Shown here in pieces: positions 26,176 to 35,618 of a stretch of 64,000 nucleotides of DNA. Within the stretch, counting starts at the first letter, position 1. Each line of letters begins with the position of its first letter. The position numbers and the translations under genes were made by a program. The DNA is from an uncultured Acidimicrobiaceae bacterium (GTDB lineage: Bacteria > Actinomycetota > Acidimicrobiia > Spongiisociales > UBA5794). The stretch spans positions 59,034 to 123,033 of the forward strand of contig CAMYMC010000021.1 in NCBI GenBank assembly GCA_947259365.1, given 5' to 3'. The notes under the pieces were generated by a model, which saw nothing but the letters and a program-made list of their open reading frames with translations, was not told the origin of the DNA and did no database searches.

Positions 26176-27570
26176 TCAGGCGGCCGAAGGGTCGGTGACC
26201 TGGCCGAGGAAGAGGATCTCGCCGGTCGACGTGCTCTCGATCCAGAAGAGGAACGGGCGGTCGACGGTGAGCGCCGCCGGCTGGGGGAGCGACGTGATCC
26301 CGAAGACGAGCGCCGTGGCGGCCGCAGCCTCGGTCCCGTCTTCGTCGAGGGCGATGAACGTCTTGTGGAGCGCATCCTGGACGTAGAGGTCCCTCGGCTC
26401 GGTGATCCCGGTGAGGTCGGCGGTGCCGTCGTCGCCGGGCACCGGCACCACGAATGCGGTGTTCATCCCCAGCGCCTGGAGGGCGGCCTTGAGTCCCACG
26501 TCGGACTCGAACTCGAATCGGGGCATCGCCAGCTCGACCTGGAAGTCACCCCAGGCGACGGCGAGGTCGTCTGCGGTGATTCGGGCCGCCAGCTCGGCGG
26601 GGGACCCGGCCCGGGGCACGGCGACGACCATCGCCGCGTCTCCGGCGTAGCGGAGGCGCACCGCTTCGAAGAGATCGGTGGCGGCGTAGCCGGTGCGCAT
26701 GTCGGCGTGCATCATCGGCACCTCGACCGTGGTCCCGTCGAGGCGGGTGAACGGCGCCGGTGCGGTGCGCTCCGGGTCGAAGGGGACCTCCCAGTTCGCC
26801 CTGAACCAGATGGCATTCACGAGGACGAGACGCGTCAACGTGGTGATGACGCCGTCGGGGATGAGGTCCTCGATCCGGCCCTCGGTGGCGTCTTCGACCC
26901 AGCCGTTGATGATGTCAGCCGATGCGTCCGGAGCGGAGGCGAAGTCGACGAGGCGGAGCCCGGCGCCGTAGCTCGTCGCCAGCCGCTCGAGGTAGGGCTC
27001 GAGAAACGGGTAGCCGCCCTGCCCCCACGCCGAGTTGGCCGGCCGGACGACGAAGGGCTCGCGGGTGTCCTCCTCGCCGGCGGGGGCGGCCTTCGACGCG
27101 AGAGCCCCCTCGATGTGCGTCCGCACCCTGTGCATGGCCTCCTCGTCGCCGGTGAGGTGAAGAACGGCCGCAATCTCGGCGGCGGTGGTGTTGCGTGCTC
27201 CCGGCAACAGCATCGAGAGCGCCGTCGCCACCGAGTACGGCGAGATCATGACGTTGTCGTCTCCGGCGACGACGCCGAGCAGGTCGAGGCCGAAAGCGGC
27301 ATCGGCCCGGGCGACGGCGGCCAGCTCGGATTCAGTGACGGCGACGTCCGCGATCGGTGCGTCGAAGCGGACGACCTCGCCCGGTACGAAGGGGACGGCA
27401 CCGGGTGTGGGGTCCGGCGCGGGCGGCGAGCCGGGAGGTGTCGAGCCGGGAGACGTCGAGTCGGGGGTGCGGCCCGGCGGCGTCGCCGCGTCGTCTGCCC
27501 CGGCGCAGGCTGCGGCGATCAGCGAGATGACGGCGAACGCGGCTGCGACCCTGCTCCGGTCCATACCCAT
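26176..27570 (-). CDS. serpin (serine protease inhibitor) family lipoprotein
   Basis: 464 aa from ATG 27570. Lipobox LIAAACAG. Serpin core motifs (NAIWFRANWEVPFD, TEAAAATA hinge region, reactive centre loop before PFLFWIE). Confidence 0.8.
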   Translation of the reverse strand: MGMDRSRVAAAFAVISLIAAACAGADDAATPPGRTPDSTSPGSTPPGSPPAPDPTPGAVPFVPGEVVRFDAPIADVAVTESELAAVARADAAFGLDLLGVVAGDDNVMISPYSVATALSMLLPGARNTTAAEIAAVLHLTGDEEAMHRVRTHIEGALASKAAPAGEEDTREPFVVRPANSAWGQGGYPFLEPYLERLATSYGAGLRLVDFASAPDASADIINGWVEDATEGRIEDLIPDGVITTLTRLVLVNAIWFRANWEVPFDPERTAPAPFTRLDGTTVEVPMMHADMRTGYAATDLFEAVRLRYAGDAAMVVAVPRAGSPAELAARITADDLAVAWGDFQVELAMPRFEFESDVGLKAALQALGMNTAFVVPVPGDDGTADLTGITEPRDLYVQDALHKTFIALDEDGTEAAAATALVFGITSLPQPAALTVDRPFLFWIESTSTGEILFLGQVTDPSAA

Positions 27571-27625
27571 CAGACGCTGGGACCGGCCGATCCGGTTCCC
27601 GACCCGTGCCGCAACGCCCGCCGCC

Positions 27626-28405
27626 TCACGAGAAGACGGTGTTGGGCCTGTCCTCTTTGACGCCGTCGAGGCGGATGTCGACCTTCTCGTTGTAGAACGA
27701 CAGATACCCGGCGATCCGGGAGGTCTCCTCGACCGGGGACGGGTACCACCACACGATGTTCTCGTACCGGGCGCCGTCGACATCGACGTGGTAGTAGCTC
27801 GCCGTGCCCTTGTACGGGCACGAGGTGTGCAGGTCCGACGGCTCGAGGAGGTCCATCCGCACGTCGGTCTTCGGGATGTAGTAGCGGGTCGGGAGGCCGG
27901 TTTCGAACACGAACCTGGCATTCGTCGAGTCGGCCACCTTCGTGCCGCCGACGAAGACCTCCACACGGCGGGAGCTGGGGAGCACGTCGACGCGGGTATA
28001 CGGGTCGCGGGGATGGACGTACACCTGCTCGTCCTCCTCGAACCACGCGTCCATCGCCCCCCAGGAGAAGGTGAGGTGGCCTTCGAGGCCCTCGATCTTG
28101 CTCTCGGTGTACCAGCGTGCGGCTCCGGGGGCCTCTTTGCCCCCGGCCTTGACGGTGTGGAGCTCGGCATCGCCGCGGCTCGGCGAGTGGTGCGTCTCAC
28201 CGGTGGGGATGAGCAGATCGGTGTCGACATCGTCCGCGAGGAAGTAGTACGTGGGGTAGAACGGCTTCTCCCAGACGAGCTTCACCCGGATCGTGTCGGC
28301 GACGAGCTCGCCGCCGAGATAGACCCGAACCCGCTTGCCCCCGTTCTCGACGCGCACCCGTCCCCGGGCTGCGGTGGCGTCCATGTCGTGCTCCCTCGTC
28401 GTCAT
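27626..28405 (-). CDS. DUF427 domain protein (two tandem repeats)
   Basis: Duplicated RVRVYLGGELVADT / RVEVFVGGTKVADS modules typical of DUF427. ATG 28405 preceded by GGGGAA. Confidence 0.7.
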   Translation of the reverse strand: MTTREHDMDATAARGRVRVENGGKRVRVYLGGELVADTIRVKLVWEKPFYPTYYFLADDVDTDLLIPTGETHHSPSRGDAELHTVKAGGKEAPGAARWYTESKIEGLEGHLTFSWGAMDAWFEEDEQVYVHPRDPYTRVDVLPSSRRVEVFVGGTKVADSTNARFVFETGLPTRYYIPKTDVRMDLLEPSDLHTSCPYKGTASYYHVDVDGARYENIVWWYPSPVEETSRIAGYLSFYNEKVDIRLDGVKEDRPNTVFS

Positions 28406-28509
28406 GTCGTTCCCCATCCGAACGCGTTCCGGCAGCGAACGATTCCCGGGACCGGGCATCTCGCCCCGGCGGAGTGGCAAACTGAGGTGACCCGACCCGA
28501 GAGAGCCGC

Positions 28510-30957
28510 GTGCGAATCCTCATCGCAGACTCCTTCCCCGGGCCTCAGATCGAGCGTCTCGAGGCCATGGGCCACGACGTCACCGTCGATCCGGGCCGGG
28601 ATGCCGGCGCGCTGGCGGAGGTCGTCGCCGGCTACGAAGCCCTCGTCGTGCGCAGTACCAAGGTGACGGCGGAGACGATCGAGGCTGCCGACCGCCTCGC
28701 CCTCATCGTCCGGGCCGGCGCCGGGGTGAACACGATCGACACGAGGGCGGCTGCGGACCACGGCGTCATCGTGGCCAACACGCCTGGCAAGAACGCCGTC
28801 GCCGTCGCCGAGTTGACGATGGGTCTCATCATGGCGATCGACCGCAGCATCCCTGACAACGTGGCGGAGCTCCGGGCGGGGGTGTGGAACAAGAAGCGCT
28901 GGTCGGAGGCCGACGGACTCCACGGCAAGCGCCTCGGCATCGTCGGCATGGGTGCCATCGGGGCCGAGGTCGCTCGCCGGGCGCATGCGTTCGGGATGGA
29001 GATCGTCGTCGTCGACCGCCCGGGCCGGCGACCGGAAGTCGGCGCCCTCATCGAGGATCTCCGTTGCCGGCTCGTGCCCGATCTCCCCAGGCTGCTGGGG
29101 ACGTCCGACATCGTGACGTTTCACATCCCGGCATCCGGCAACACCGCCGGCATGATCAACCGAGAGATGCTCGGCCATCTGCGGCTGGGCACCGTCCTCA
29201 TCAACACGTCCCGGGGCGACATCATCGACGAGGAGGCGCTTCTCGAGGCGATCGAGGCCAAGGGCCTGCGCGTCGGCCTCGACGTGTACGCCGACGAACC
29301 CGGGGAGGGCTCGGGCACCTTCACCTCGGCGCTCGCCGCCCATCCCAACGTGTACGGGACCCACCACATCGGGGCGTCGACGAAGCAGGCGCAGCGGTCC
29401 ATCGCCGACGAAGTCGTCGCCATCATCGAGAGCTTCGGGCGCGGTGCGGTGAGAAACGCGGTGAACGTCGCTGCCGAGCCGGTCGGAGCGTCAGTCATCA
29501 CGGTGCGCCACTACGACAGGGTCGGCGTGCTCGCTGGGGTCCTCGAGGTGCTGCGTCGCGCCAATCTCAACGTGGAGCAGATGGAGAACACCGTATTCGC
29601 CGGGGCCAATGCGGCGAGCGCGTCGATCCACCTCTCTGCGCTTCCCGACTCGGCAACCGTCGAGGCCATCTCCGGGCTCGAGCACGTCATCGCGGTCTCC
29701 GTCGGCGCGGTCGGCGCCTCGAGCGCCCTCGTGCGGCCCTTCCCCGGGTTCCTGCCCCGGCCGGACATCGCCGACGAGGTAGCGGCGCCTCCGCTGTCGG
29801 TCATCACCGCGGATCGATACGACCGCCTCGTCGCCGACCACCCGCTGTCGATTCTCCACGTTCTCCGCACCGCGATCGACACCGCCGACGGGGTGCCGGA
29901 TCCGGCACTCGCCGACGCCCACGGCGCCGCGCACCTCGCCCGGCTCATCGACGATGGCGCCCTCTTGCCCCAGCCTGCTCCTGCCTACTACCTGTACCGG
30001 GTCGGCACGCAGCAGGGTTCCCACATCGGCGTCATCGCCGAGGTCGCCACGTCGGGGATCGGTGAAGGGACGGTGCGCCGACACGAGGGCACCAGGCGTG
30101 AAACCGAGGACCTCGTCCTGCGCCACCTCACGACCGTGCGTGCCCACACCGACCCGGTGGCGATGACGTATCGCACCGACCCGGGTCTCGCCGACGTCCT
30201 CACCGCCCGCTGCGCCGCCGAGACCCCCGTCCTCGACTTCGAGTCGGACGACGGGGTCCGTCACCAACTGTGGGTTGTCGCAGATGCGGCCGGTGTCAAC
30301 GAAATCGGGACCCGCCTCGCCATGGTCGAGACGCTGTACATCATCGACGGGCACCACCGTTCGGTGGCGGCGCGGAGGCTGGCTGCCACCGAGGCCTCCG
30401 AGAACCGGGGCCACACGGGAGCGGAGCCGTACAACTACTTCCCGGCGGTGCTCTTCGCCGAGGACCAGCTCGTGCTCGAGGGCTACCACCGGGCCCTCAC
30501 CGATCTCGGATCGATGACACCGCGCGAGTTCCTCGCTTCGATGCGAGACAGGTTCGACGTCGAGGACCTCGCCATACCGTGGGCCGAGGAGGCGCGGCCC
30601 CGCGAGCCGGGAGCGGTCGCCATGGTCGTCGACGGCGAGTGGTACCGGGTCACGCTGCCGAAGCCGCCCGCAGACGGCGACGTCTACGCCCGACTCGACG
30701 CCGTCGTGCTCCAGGAGCACATCCTCGGACCGCTGCTCGGCATCACCGAGCCCGCCACCGATCCGAGACTCCAGTACGTCCCCGGCCCCGCCGGCCTCGG
30801 CGAGTTCAGCCGACTCAGTGCGATCGTCGGATTCGCCCTCCACCCGCCGTCGACCGCCGAGGTGATGGCGGTCGCGGATGAGGGCCTCGTCATGCCGCCG
30901 AAGTCCACCTGGTTCGAGCCCAAGGTCCGCGCCGGGCTCGTCGTCCGGAAGTTCTGA
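28510..30957 (+). CDS. serA: D-3-phosphoglycerate dehydrogenase (SerA, with ACT domain) fused in-frame to a DUF1015 domain
   Basis: The first ~395 aa carry the Rossmann motif GIVGMGAIGAEVARRA, catalytic NTSRGDIIDEEAL / HIGASTKQAQ and an ACT domain. A DUF1015 module (LVRPFPGFLPRPD...YIIDGHHR...LQEHILGPLLGI) follows with no stop codon. The whole is one 815-aa ORF. Confidence 0.75.
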   Translation: MRILIADSFPGPQIERLEAMGHDVTVDPGRDAGALAEVVAGYEALVVRSTKVTAETIEAADRLALIVRAGAGVNTIDTRAAADHGVIVANTPGKNAVAVAELTMGLIMAIDRSIPDNVAELRAGVWNKKRWSEADGLHGKRLGIVGMGAIGAEVARRAHAFGMEIVVVDRPGRRPEVGALIEDLRCRLVPDLPRLLGTSDIVTFHIPASGNTAGMINREMLGHLRLGTVLINTSRGDIIDEEALLEAIEAKGLRVGLDVYADEPGEGSGTFTSALAAHPNVYGTHHIGASTKQAQRSIADEVVAIIESFGRGAVRNAVNVAAEPVGASVITVRHYDRVGVLAGVLEVLRRANLNVEQMENTVFAGANAASASIHLSALPDSATVEAISGLEHVIAVSVGAVGASSALVRPFPGFLPRPDIADEVAAPPLSVITADRYDRLVADHPLSILHVLRTAIDTADGVPDPALADAHGAAHLARLIDDGALLPQPAPAYYLYRVGTQQGSHIGVIAEVATSGIGEGTVRRHEGTRRETEDLVLRHLTTVRAHTDPVAMTYRTDPGLADVLTARCAAETPVLDFESDDGVRHQLWVVADAAGVNEIGTRLAMVETLYIIDGHHRSVAARRLAATEASENRGHTGAEPYNYFPAVLFAEDQLVLEGYHRALTDLGSMTPREFLASMRDRFDVEDLAIPWAEEARPREPGAVAMVVDGEWYRVTLPKPPADGDVYARLDAVVLQEHILGPLLGITEPATDPRLQYVPGPAGLGEFSRLSAIVGFALHPPSTAEVMAVADEGLVMPPKSTWFEPKVRAGLVVRKF

Positions 30958-30968
30958 GCCGGCCGGGA

Positions 30969-31820
30969 ATGGCCACAGACGTCGTCCTGCTCGGAACCGG
31001 CACGCCCCGCACCGTCCCGGGGAGCAGCGGCCCGGCGACGGCCGTGATCGCCGACGGCACGCCGTATGTCTTCGATTGCGGGCCGGGGGTCGCGATCCAG
31101 CTCTCCTCCGGATTCCATCACGGGATCGAGGGGCTCGCGTTGGCGGGTGTCGAGCACGTCTTCATCACCCACCTCCACTCGGACCACACCCTCGGCCTGG
31201 CGTCGCTGATGCTGACGCCGTGGATGTTCGGACGGGCGGTTCCGCTCGTGGTGCGGGGCCCGCTCGGCACGGCGGCGATGGCACGCCACGTCGCCGCGGC
31301 ATACGAGGCCGACGTCGCCAAGCGGATCCACAGTGAGCCGCTCGAACCCGGAGGTCACGCAGTGGTAGCAACCGACATCGGGCCCGGGGTCGTCCACGAG
31401 GACGATCGCGTCAGCGTCGAGGCGTTTGCCGTCGAGCACGGCGACTGGGTGGCGGCGGTGCACGGGCCGACGCCGGCCCTCGGCTACCGGGTGCGCTCCG
31501 CCGACCGCACCGTCGTCATCTCGGGAGACACCGGTCCGTTCCCCTCCATGGAGGCGACGTACGGAGGCTGTGACGTGCTCGTCCACGAGGTCTACTCGAG
31601 CGCCGGCCTCGTCTCCCGTCCCCCTCGATGGCGGGCCTATCACGAGCGAGCGCACACCTCGGGCGAGACGTTGGGCCGGCTGGCGGCGCGGCTCCAGCCC
31701 GGGATCCTCGTGCTCACGCATCAGTTGCTGTGGAACACCCCCGAGGGCGACCTCGTCGACGAGGTCGCCGGCGTCTACGACGGCGTCGTGCGCTACGGCC
31801 GCGACCTCGACGTGATCTGA
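30969..31820 (+). CDS. MBL-fold metallo-hydrolase (RNase Z/ElaC-like)
   Basis: HxHxDH motif (ITHLHSDHTLG) and overall beta-lactamase fold. Confidence 0.8.
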   Translation: MATDVVLLGTGTPRTVPGSSGPATAVIADGTPYVFDCGPGVAIQLSSGFHHGIEGLALAGVEHVFITHLHSDHTLGLASLMLTPWMFGRAVPLVVRGPLGTAAMARHVAAAYEADVAKRIHSEPLEPGGHAVVATDIGPGVVHEDDRVSVEAFAVEHGDWVAAVHGPTPALGYRVRSADRTVVISGDTGPFPSMEATYGGCDVLVHEVYSSAGLVSRPPRWRAYHERAHTSGETLGRLAARLQPGILVLTHQLLWNTPEGDLVDEVAGVYDGVVRYGRDLDVI

Positions 31821-31848
31821 GGCGGCGCCGCCTCCCTAACCTCGCGTC

Positions 31849-32643
31849 GTGGATCTGTTCACCGATCGCCGCATCGAACGAGTCACGACCGACGGGCGCA
31901 GCGGCGCCGACGACGCCCTCGTCACGGAAGCGCCCATCGAGTACCGCCTCGGGGACGTCCCGATCGCAGTGCTGATGCGGACTCCGGGTGACGACGCCGC
32001 CCTCGGCCTCGGGTTCGCGATCACCGAGGGCATCGTCCTCGGCCCCGACGAGGTGAGCGACGTCCGCCTCCGCACCGCCGGTGCCGACGGGGATCGATGG
32101 GACCTCGTGCTGGCGCCCGGCGTCGACGTGGATCCGGAGCAGTTCCGCCGGAGCACCTACACGACGTCGTCGTGCGGCGTGTGCGGGAAAGCGTCGATCG
32201 ACGCGGTGCGGATCGCGGCTCCGGCGCCTCCCACCGGCCCCGTCGTCGACCGGAGCCTCCTGTTGTCTTTGCCGGAGCGGATGCTCGAAGCGCAGACCGG
32301 CTTCGCCGCCACCGGCGGCATCCACGCCGCGGCGCTCTTCGCCCCGGACGGCTCGCTGCTCGCTCTCCGCGAGGACGTCGGCAGGCACAACGCCGTCGAC
32401 AAGCTCGTCGGCCTCGTGGCACGTCGGCGCTGGCCTCTGGGCGAGGTGATTCTCGTCGTCAGCGGCCGGGTGAGCTTCGAGATGGTGCAGAAGGCCGCCG
32501 TCGCCGGGATTGCCATGGTGTGCGGGGTCTCGGCGGCGTCGTCGCTCGCCGCCGAGCTGGGGAGCGAGCTGGGGCTGACGGTCGTGGGATTCCTCCGTGC
32601 CGGCGGCTTCAACGTCTACGCCGGCTCACACCGCGTCCTCTGA
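31849..32643 (+). CDS. fdhD: formate dehydrogenase accessory sulfurtransferase
   Basis: Conserved SSCGVCGK cysteine motif and FdhD-like length. GTG start. Confidence 0.85.
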   Translation: MDLFTDRRIERVTTDGRSGADDALVTEAPIEYRLGDVPIAVLMRTPGDDAALGLGFAITEGIVLGPDEVSDVRLRTAGADGDRWDLVLAPGVDVDPEQFRRSTYTTSSCGVCGKASIDAVRIAAPAPPTGPVVDRSLLLSLPERMLEAQTGFAATGGIHAAALFAPDGSLLALREDVGRHNAVDKLVGLVARRRWPLGEVILVVSGRVSFEMVQKAAVAGIAMVCGVSAASSLAAELGSELGLTVVGFLRAGGFNVYAGSHRVL

Positions 32644-32686
32644 GATGCCGCGAATACGCGACGGGGGGCTCCGGTAGCATCGGCCC

Positions 32687-33262
32687 GTGGCCATCGACAT
32701 CGCCGGATTCATCACCTACCTCAAAGACCACGCGGTCGAGCACGGATTCCACGTCCACGACGAGCGTCATTTCATCGAGACGTACTCGCTGCGCCAGGCG
32801 TTCGAGGTCGACATGCACCCGGAGGTCGCCTGCAACGGGCCCCTCGACCTCAATCTCGCCCTCGACGTCGATCCGAGGACGTTGCTCGACCTCGACGACC
32901 GCATGGCGGAGATGGACGACGACTTCGCCGAGCCGGAAGGGGACTGGCGCCAGCAGGTGCTCTTCAACTGGGGGCTTCCCGCCCTCCAGTCGCCACCGGA
33001 CGTCGTGATCCTCGCCACCGAGCTCGCCGGGATCGCCGGGCCCACGATCCCGATCGAGGTGTCCGCCGTCGACTCGTTCGGGCCGCTGTCCGAGTCGCCG
33101 GAGCGGAGGTTGTCTCTCGTCGGTCGCTTCGAGGTCTCGCTCGTCGACGTCATGTTGGGGCGGGAGAAGCTCTGCGATGTGCTCGACCGCTGCCGTGAGG
33201 TCAGCGAGTACCTCGTCAGCGCCGCCGAGGACTGGAAGCCCGTGTACCCCGAAGGGGACTGA
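32687..33262 (+). CDS. acidic hypothetical protein
   Basis: 191-aa clean ORF with coding-like composition. No recognisable motif. Confidence 0.5.
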   Translation: MAIDIAGFITYLKDHAVEHGFHVHDERHFIETYSLRQAFEVDMHPEVACNGPLDLNLALDVDPRTLLDLDDRMAEMDDDFAEPEGDWRQQVLFNWGLPALQSPPDVVILATELAGIAGPTIPIEVSAVDSFGPLSESPERRLSLVGRFEVSLVDVMLGREKLCDVLDRCREVSEYLVSAAEDWKPVYPEGD

Positions 33263-33298
33263 GCGACGGGTTCGCCATGCCGTCCCTAACCTCGGTGC

Positions 33299-34045
33299 AT
33301 GGACGTCACCGGCAAGGTCGCGATCGTCACCGGAGCCGCCTCCGGGATGGGGGCGGCGACCGCACGTGCCCTCGCCCGGCGCGGGGCCACCGTTGTCATC
33401 GTCGATCGCAACGCCGAGGGAGCCGGGGCGATCGCCCACGAGATCGAGACGGCGACCCCCGTCGTCGGTGATGTCGCATCGTCCGCGTTCTGCGACGGGG
33501 TCGTTGCCGACACGATGGAGACCCACGGCCGCCTCGACGTGCTCGTCAACGCCGCCGGCGTGATCGTCCGGGCGCCGGCCCACGTGACGAGCGACGACGA
33601 GTGGCGCCGGATCTTTTCGGTCAACGTCGACGGCGTCTTCTACATGAGCCGGGCCGCCGTCCCGGCGATGCTCGAGGGCGGCGGGGGCGCCATCGTCAAC
33701 TTCGGTTCGATCTGGGGCGATGTCGGCAGCGGCGGCCACGCCGCCTACGCGGCGACGAAGGGCGCCGTCCACCAGCTGACGAGGTCGATGGCGCTCCAGC
33801 ACGCGAGGGAGGGGATCCGGGTCAACGCGGTGTGCCCCGGTGAGATCGACACGCCGATGCTCGTCTCGGAGCGCCCCGCACCGCCGACGCCCGATGAGCT
33901 CGAGGCTATCGCCGAGTCCGTCCCGATGGGAAGGCTCGGCCGTCCCGACGAGGTCGCCGCCGTCGTGGCGTTCCTCGCCTCCGACGAGGCCAGCTACATG
34001 ACGGGCGCTCTCGTCGCCGTCGACGCCGGGTACCTGGCCCGGTGA
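33299..34045 (+). CDS. SDR-family NAD(P)-dependent oxidoreductase
   Basis: TGAASGMG glycine motif, NAAG, and a YxxxK catalytic pair (YAATK). Confidence 0.85.
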   Translation: MDVTGKVAIVTGAASGMGAATARALARRGATVVIVDRNAEGAGAIAHEIETATPVVGDVASSAFCDGVVADTMETHGRLDVLVNAAGVIVRAPAHVTSDDEWRRIFSVNVDGVFYMSRAAVPAMLEGGGGAIVNFGSIWGDVGSGGHAAYAATKGAVHQLTRSMALQHAREGIRVNAVCPGEIDTPMLVSERPAPPTPDELEAIAESVPMGRLGRPDEVAAVVAFLASDEASYMTGALVAVDAGYLAR

Positions 34046-34809
34046 GCCGGTTCGAGGGCATCCGGGTGCTCGTCACCGGCGGCAATTCGGGGATCGGTCG
34101 TGCCACGGCGCAGGCGTTTGCCGCCGAAGGCGCCGCCGTCGCCGTCGCCGCCAGGGACGAGGCCCGCAGCGACATCGTGGCCGCGGAGATCGAGTCGGCC
34201 GGCGGCCGGGCCGTCGCCGTGCGGTGCGACGTCACCGACGAAGCGTCGTGTCGGAGCGCCGTGGACGCCGTGGTGGCGACACTCGGAGGCCTCGATGTGC
34301 TGTTCAACAACGCCGGTGTCATCTACCGGGAACGGACCGCACCGGAGACGACGCCCGAGGAGTGGGACCACACGTTCGCCGTCAACGTCCGGGGGACGTT
34401 CCTCATGTCGCGGCTGGTGGTGCCGGTGATGATCGAGGGCGGGGGCGGTGTGATCGTCAACAACGCCTCCTACTTCGGGCTCGTTGGCGGCAAGGGGACG
34501 GCCGCGTACAGCGCCGCGAAGGGCGCCGTCGTGCTCCTGACGAAGGCGATGGCGCTCGACCACGCCCGTGACGGCATCCGGGTCAACTGCGTGTGCCCCG
34601 GCTCGGTCGATACTCCGATGCTGCGCGGCGAGATGGAGGAGATGGGTGGTGCGGATGCGGTCCGGCACCGTTTCGAGGACAAGCACCCCGTCGGCCGGAT
34701 CGCCACCCCGGAGGAGGTCGCCGCGGCCGTCCTGTATCTGGCCTCGGCAGAGGCTGCGTTCGTGACCGGTGTCGCGCTGCCGATCGACGGCGGGCTGACG
34801 GCGCAGTAG
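34042..34809 (+). CDS. SDR-family NAD(P)-dependent oxidoreductase
   Basis: TGGNSGIG, NNAG and YSAAK motifs. There is a 4-nt overlap with the preceding SDR gene. Confidence 0.85.
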   Translation: MSRFEGIRVLVTGGNSGIGRATAQAFAAEGAAVAVAARDEARSDIVAAEIESAGGRAVAVRCDVTDEASCRSAVDAVVATLGGLDVLFNNAGVIYRERTAPETTPEEWDHTFAVNVRGTFLMSRLVVPVMIEGGGGVIVNNASYFGLVGGKGTAAYSAAKGAVVLLTKAMALDHARDGIRVNCVCPGSVDTPMLRGEMEEMGGADAVRHRFEDKHPVGRIATPEEVAAAVLYLASAEAAFVTGVALPIDGGLTAQ

Positions 34810-35214
34810 GGCTTTGGCCGAGGAGTTCGCGGGGCGAGTCCGCTGGGTGGCTCAGCTCGTTGGGCACGGGCAACCGCGGCCCAGGTGGGCTCGGCCCAAG
34901 GGGAACCCCGTTCGATCTCGGGCCAGGTAGCAGCGGTGGGCGCTCCCGTGATGAGCGCGATCTCCGCTACGTGAATCGCGACCGGCAGGTGCCGGGCAAC
35001 GTCGTCGGAGGCCTGCCGGAGCTCCGTCTCTGTCCCACGATCGCCCACCGTGAGCCGCGGTACGGGATTCGGCGTGGCTCGCCCCGTGCGGCGGTACTCC
35101 AGCCACCTGCCAAACGCGGCGTCCATCAGCCTGTGGAACCGTCGCCCGGCTGCGGTGCCACATGCACCACCTCGTCGCCGAGCGAGCCGGAAACGCCCGC
35201 GATAGCATCGCATC

Positions 35215-35475
35215 ATGGACGAGAAGGAGATCCTCAGGGAACTGAGCGCCGTCATGGATGAGCTCAGCGCTCTCCCGGTAGACGCGTTCTCCGAGCGCTT
35301 TCCGCTGGTCGAACGACGGGACGAACTGCGGCGTCTGCTTGCCGAAGCTCAGGTGGAGGCGGGTCGGGACGCGAGTGAGGCCTGGGCCAACCAGGCAGCC
35401 CGCAAGGGACCCGATGACGCGGAGACGTTCATCGAGGCACACCTCCCGGAGGCGGGCGCGAGCGGCCTCGGGTAG
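35215..35475 (+). CDS. small acidic helical hypothetical protein
   Basis: 86 aa in a high-GC3 frame. Preferred over the overlapping 239-aa minus-strand ORF, whose wobble positions coincide with first codon positions of this frame. Confidence 0.35.
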   Translation: MDEKEILRELSAVMDELSALPVDAFSERFPLVERRDELRRLLAEAQVEAGRDASEAWANQAARKGPDDAETFIEAHLPEAGASGLG

Positions 35476-35618
35476 CGGCCGACGCGGCGCACGTCGGCGG
35501 TCCGGGATCGGAGATCGAGTCGTCGCGAACAGGTCGTAGGCGTCCGCGTCCCAGGCGTGTGTGAAGTCCATCGGGACGTCATGGTCCCGGCGTCACCCGC
35601 CGCGCCGGGAGCGCCCCC

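Noticed and set aside
26176-28230. 684-aa minus ORF (serpin with 220-aa N-terminal extension) and similar long extensions on the ubiD, permease and response-regulator ORFs
   Set aside because: The extensions are Arg/Pro-rich, lack RBS context and overlap neighbouring genes. Genes were trimmed to internal Met or GTG with lipobox or RBS support.
34470-35255. 261-aa minus-strand ORF with coding-like wobble GC in its first ~105 codons (MDAAFGRWLEYRR...)
   Set aside because: If real it would overlap the second SDR gene by ~340 nt on the opposite strand. No recognisable domain. The 34810-35214 gap is left unannotated.
34852-35571. 239-aa minus-strand ORF
   Set aside because: It competes with the plus-strand 86-aa ORF (35215-35475), whose third positions are strongly GC-biased. 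The minus ORF's wobble coincides with plus-frame first positions and its sequence is Arg/Pro-rich.
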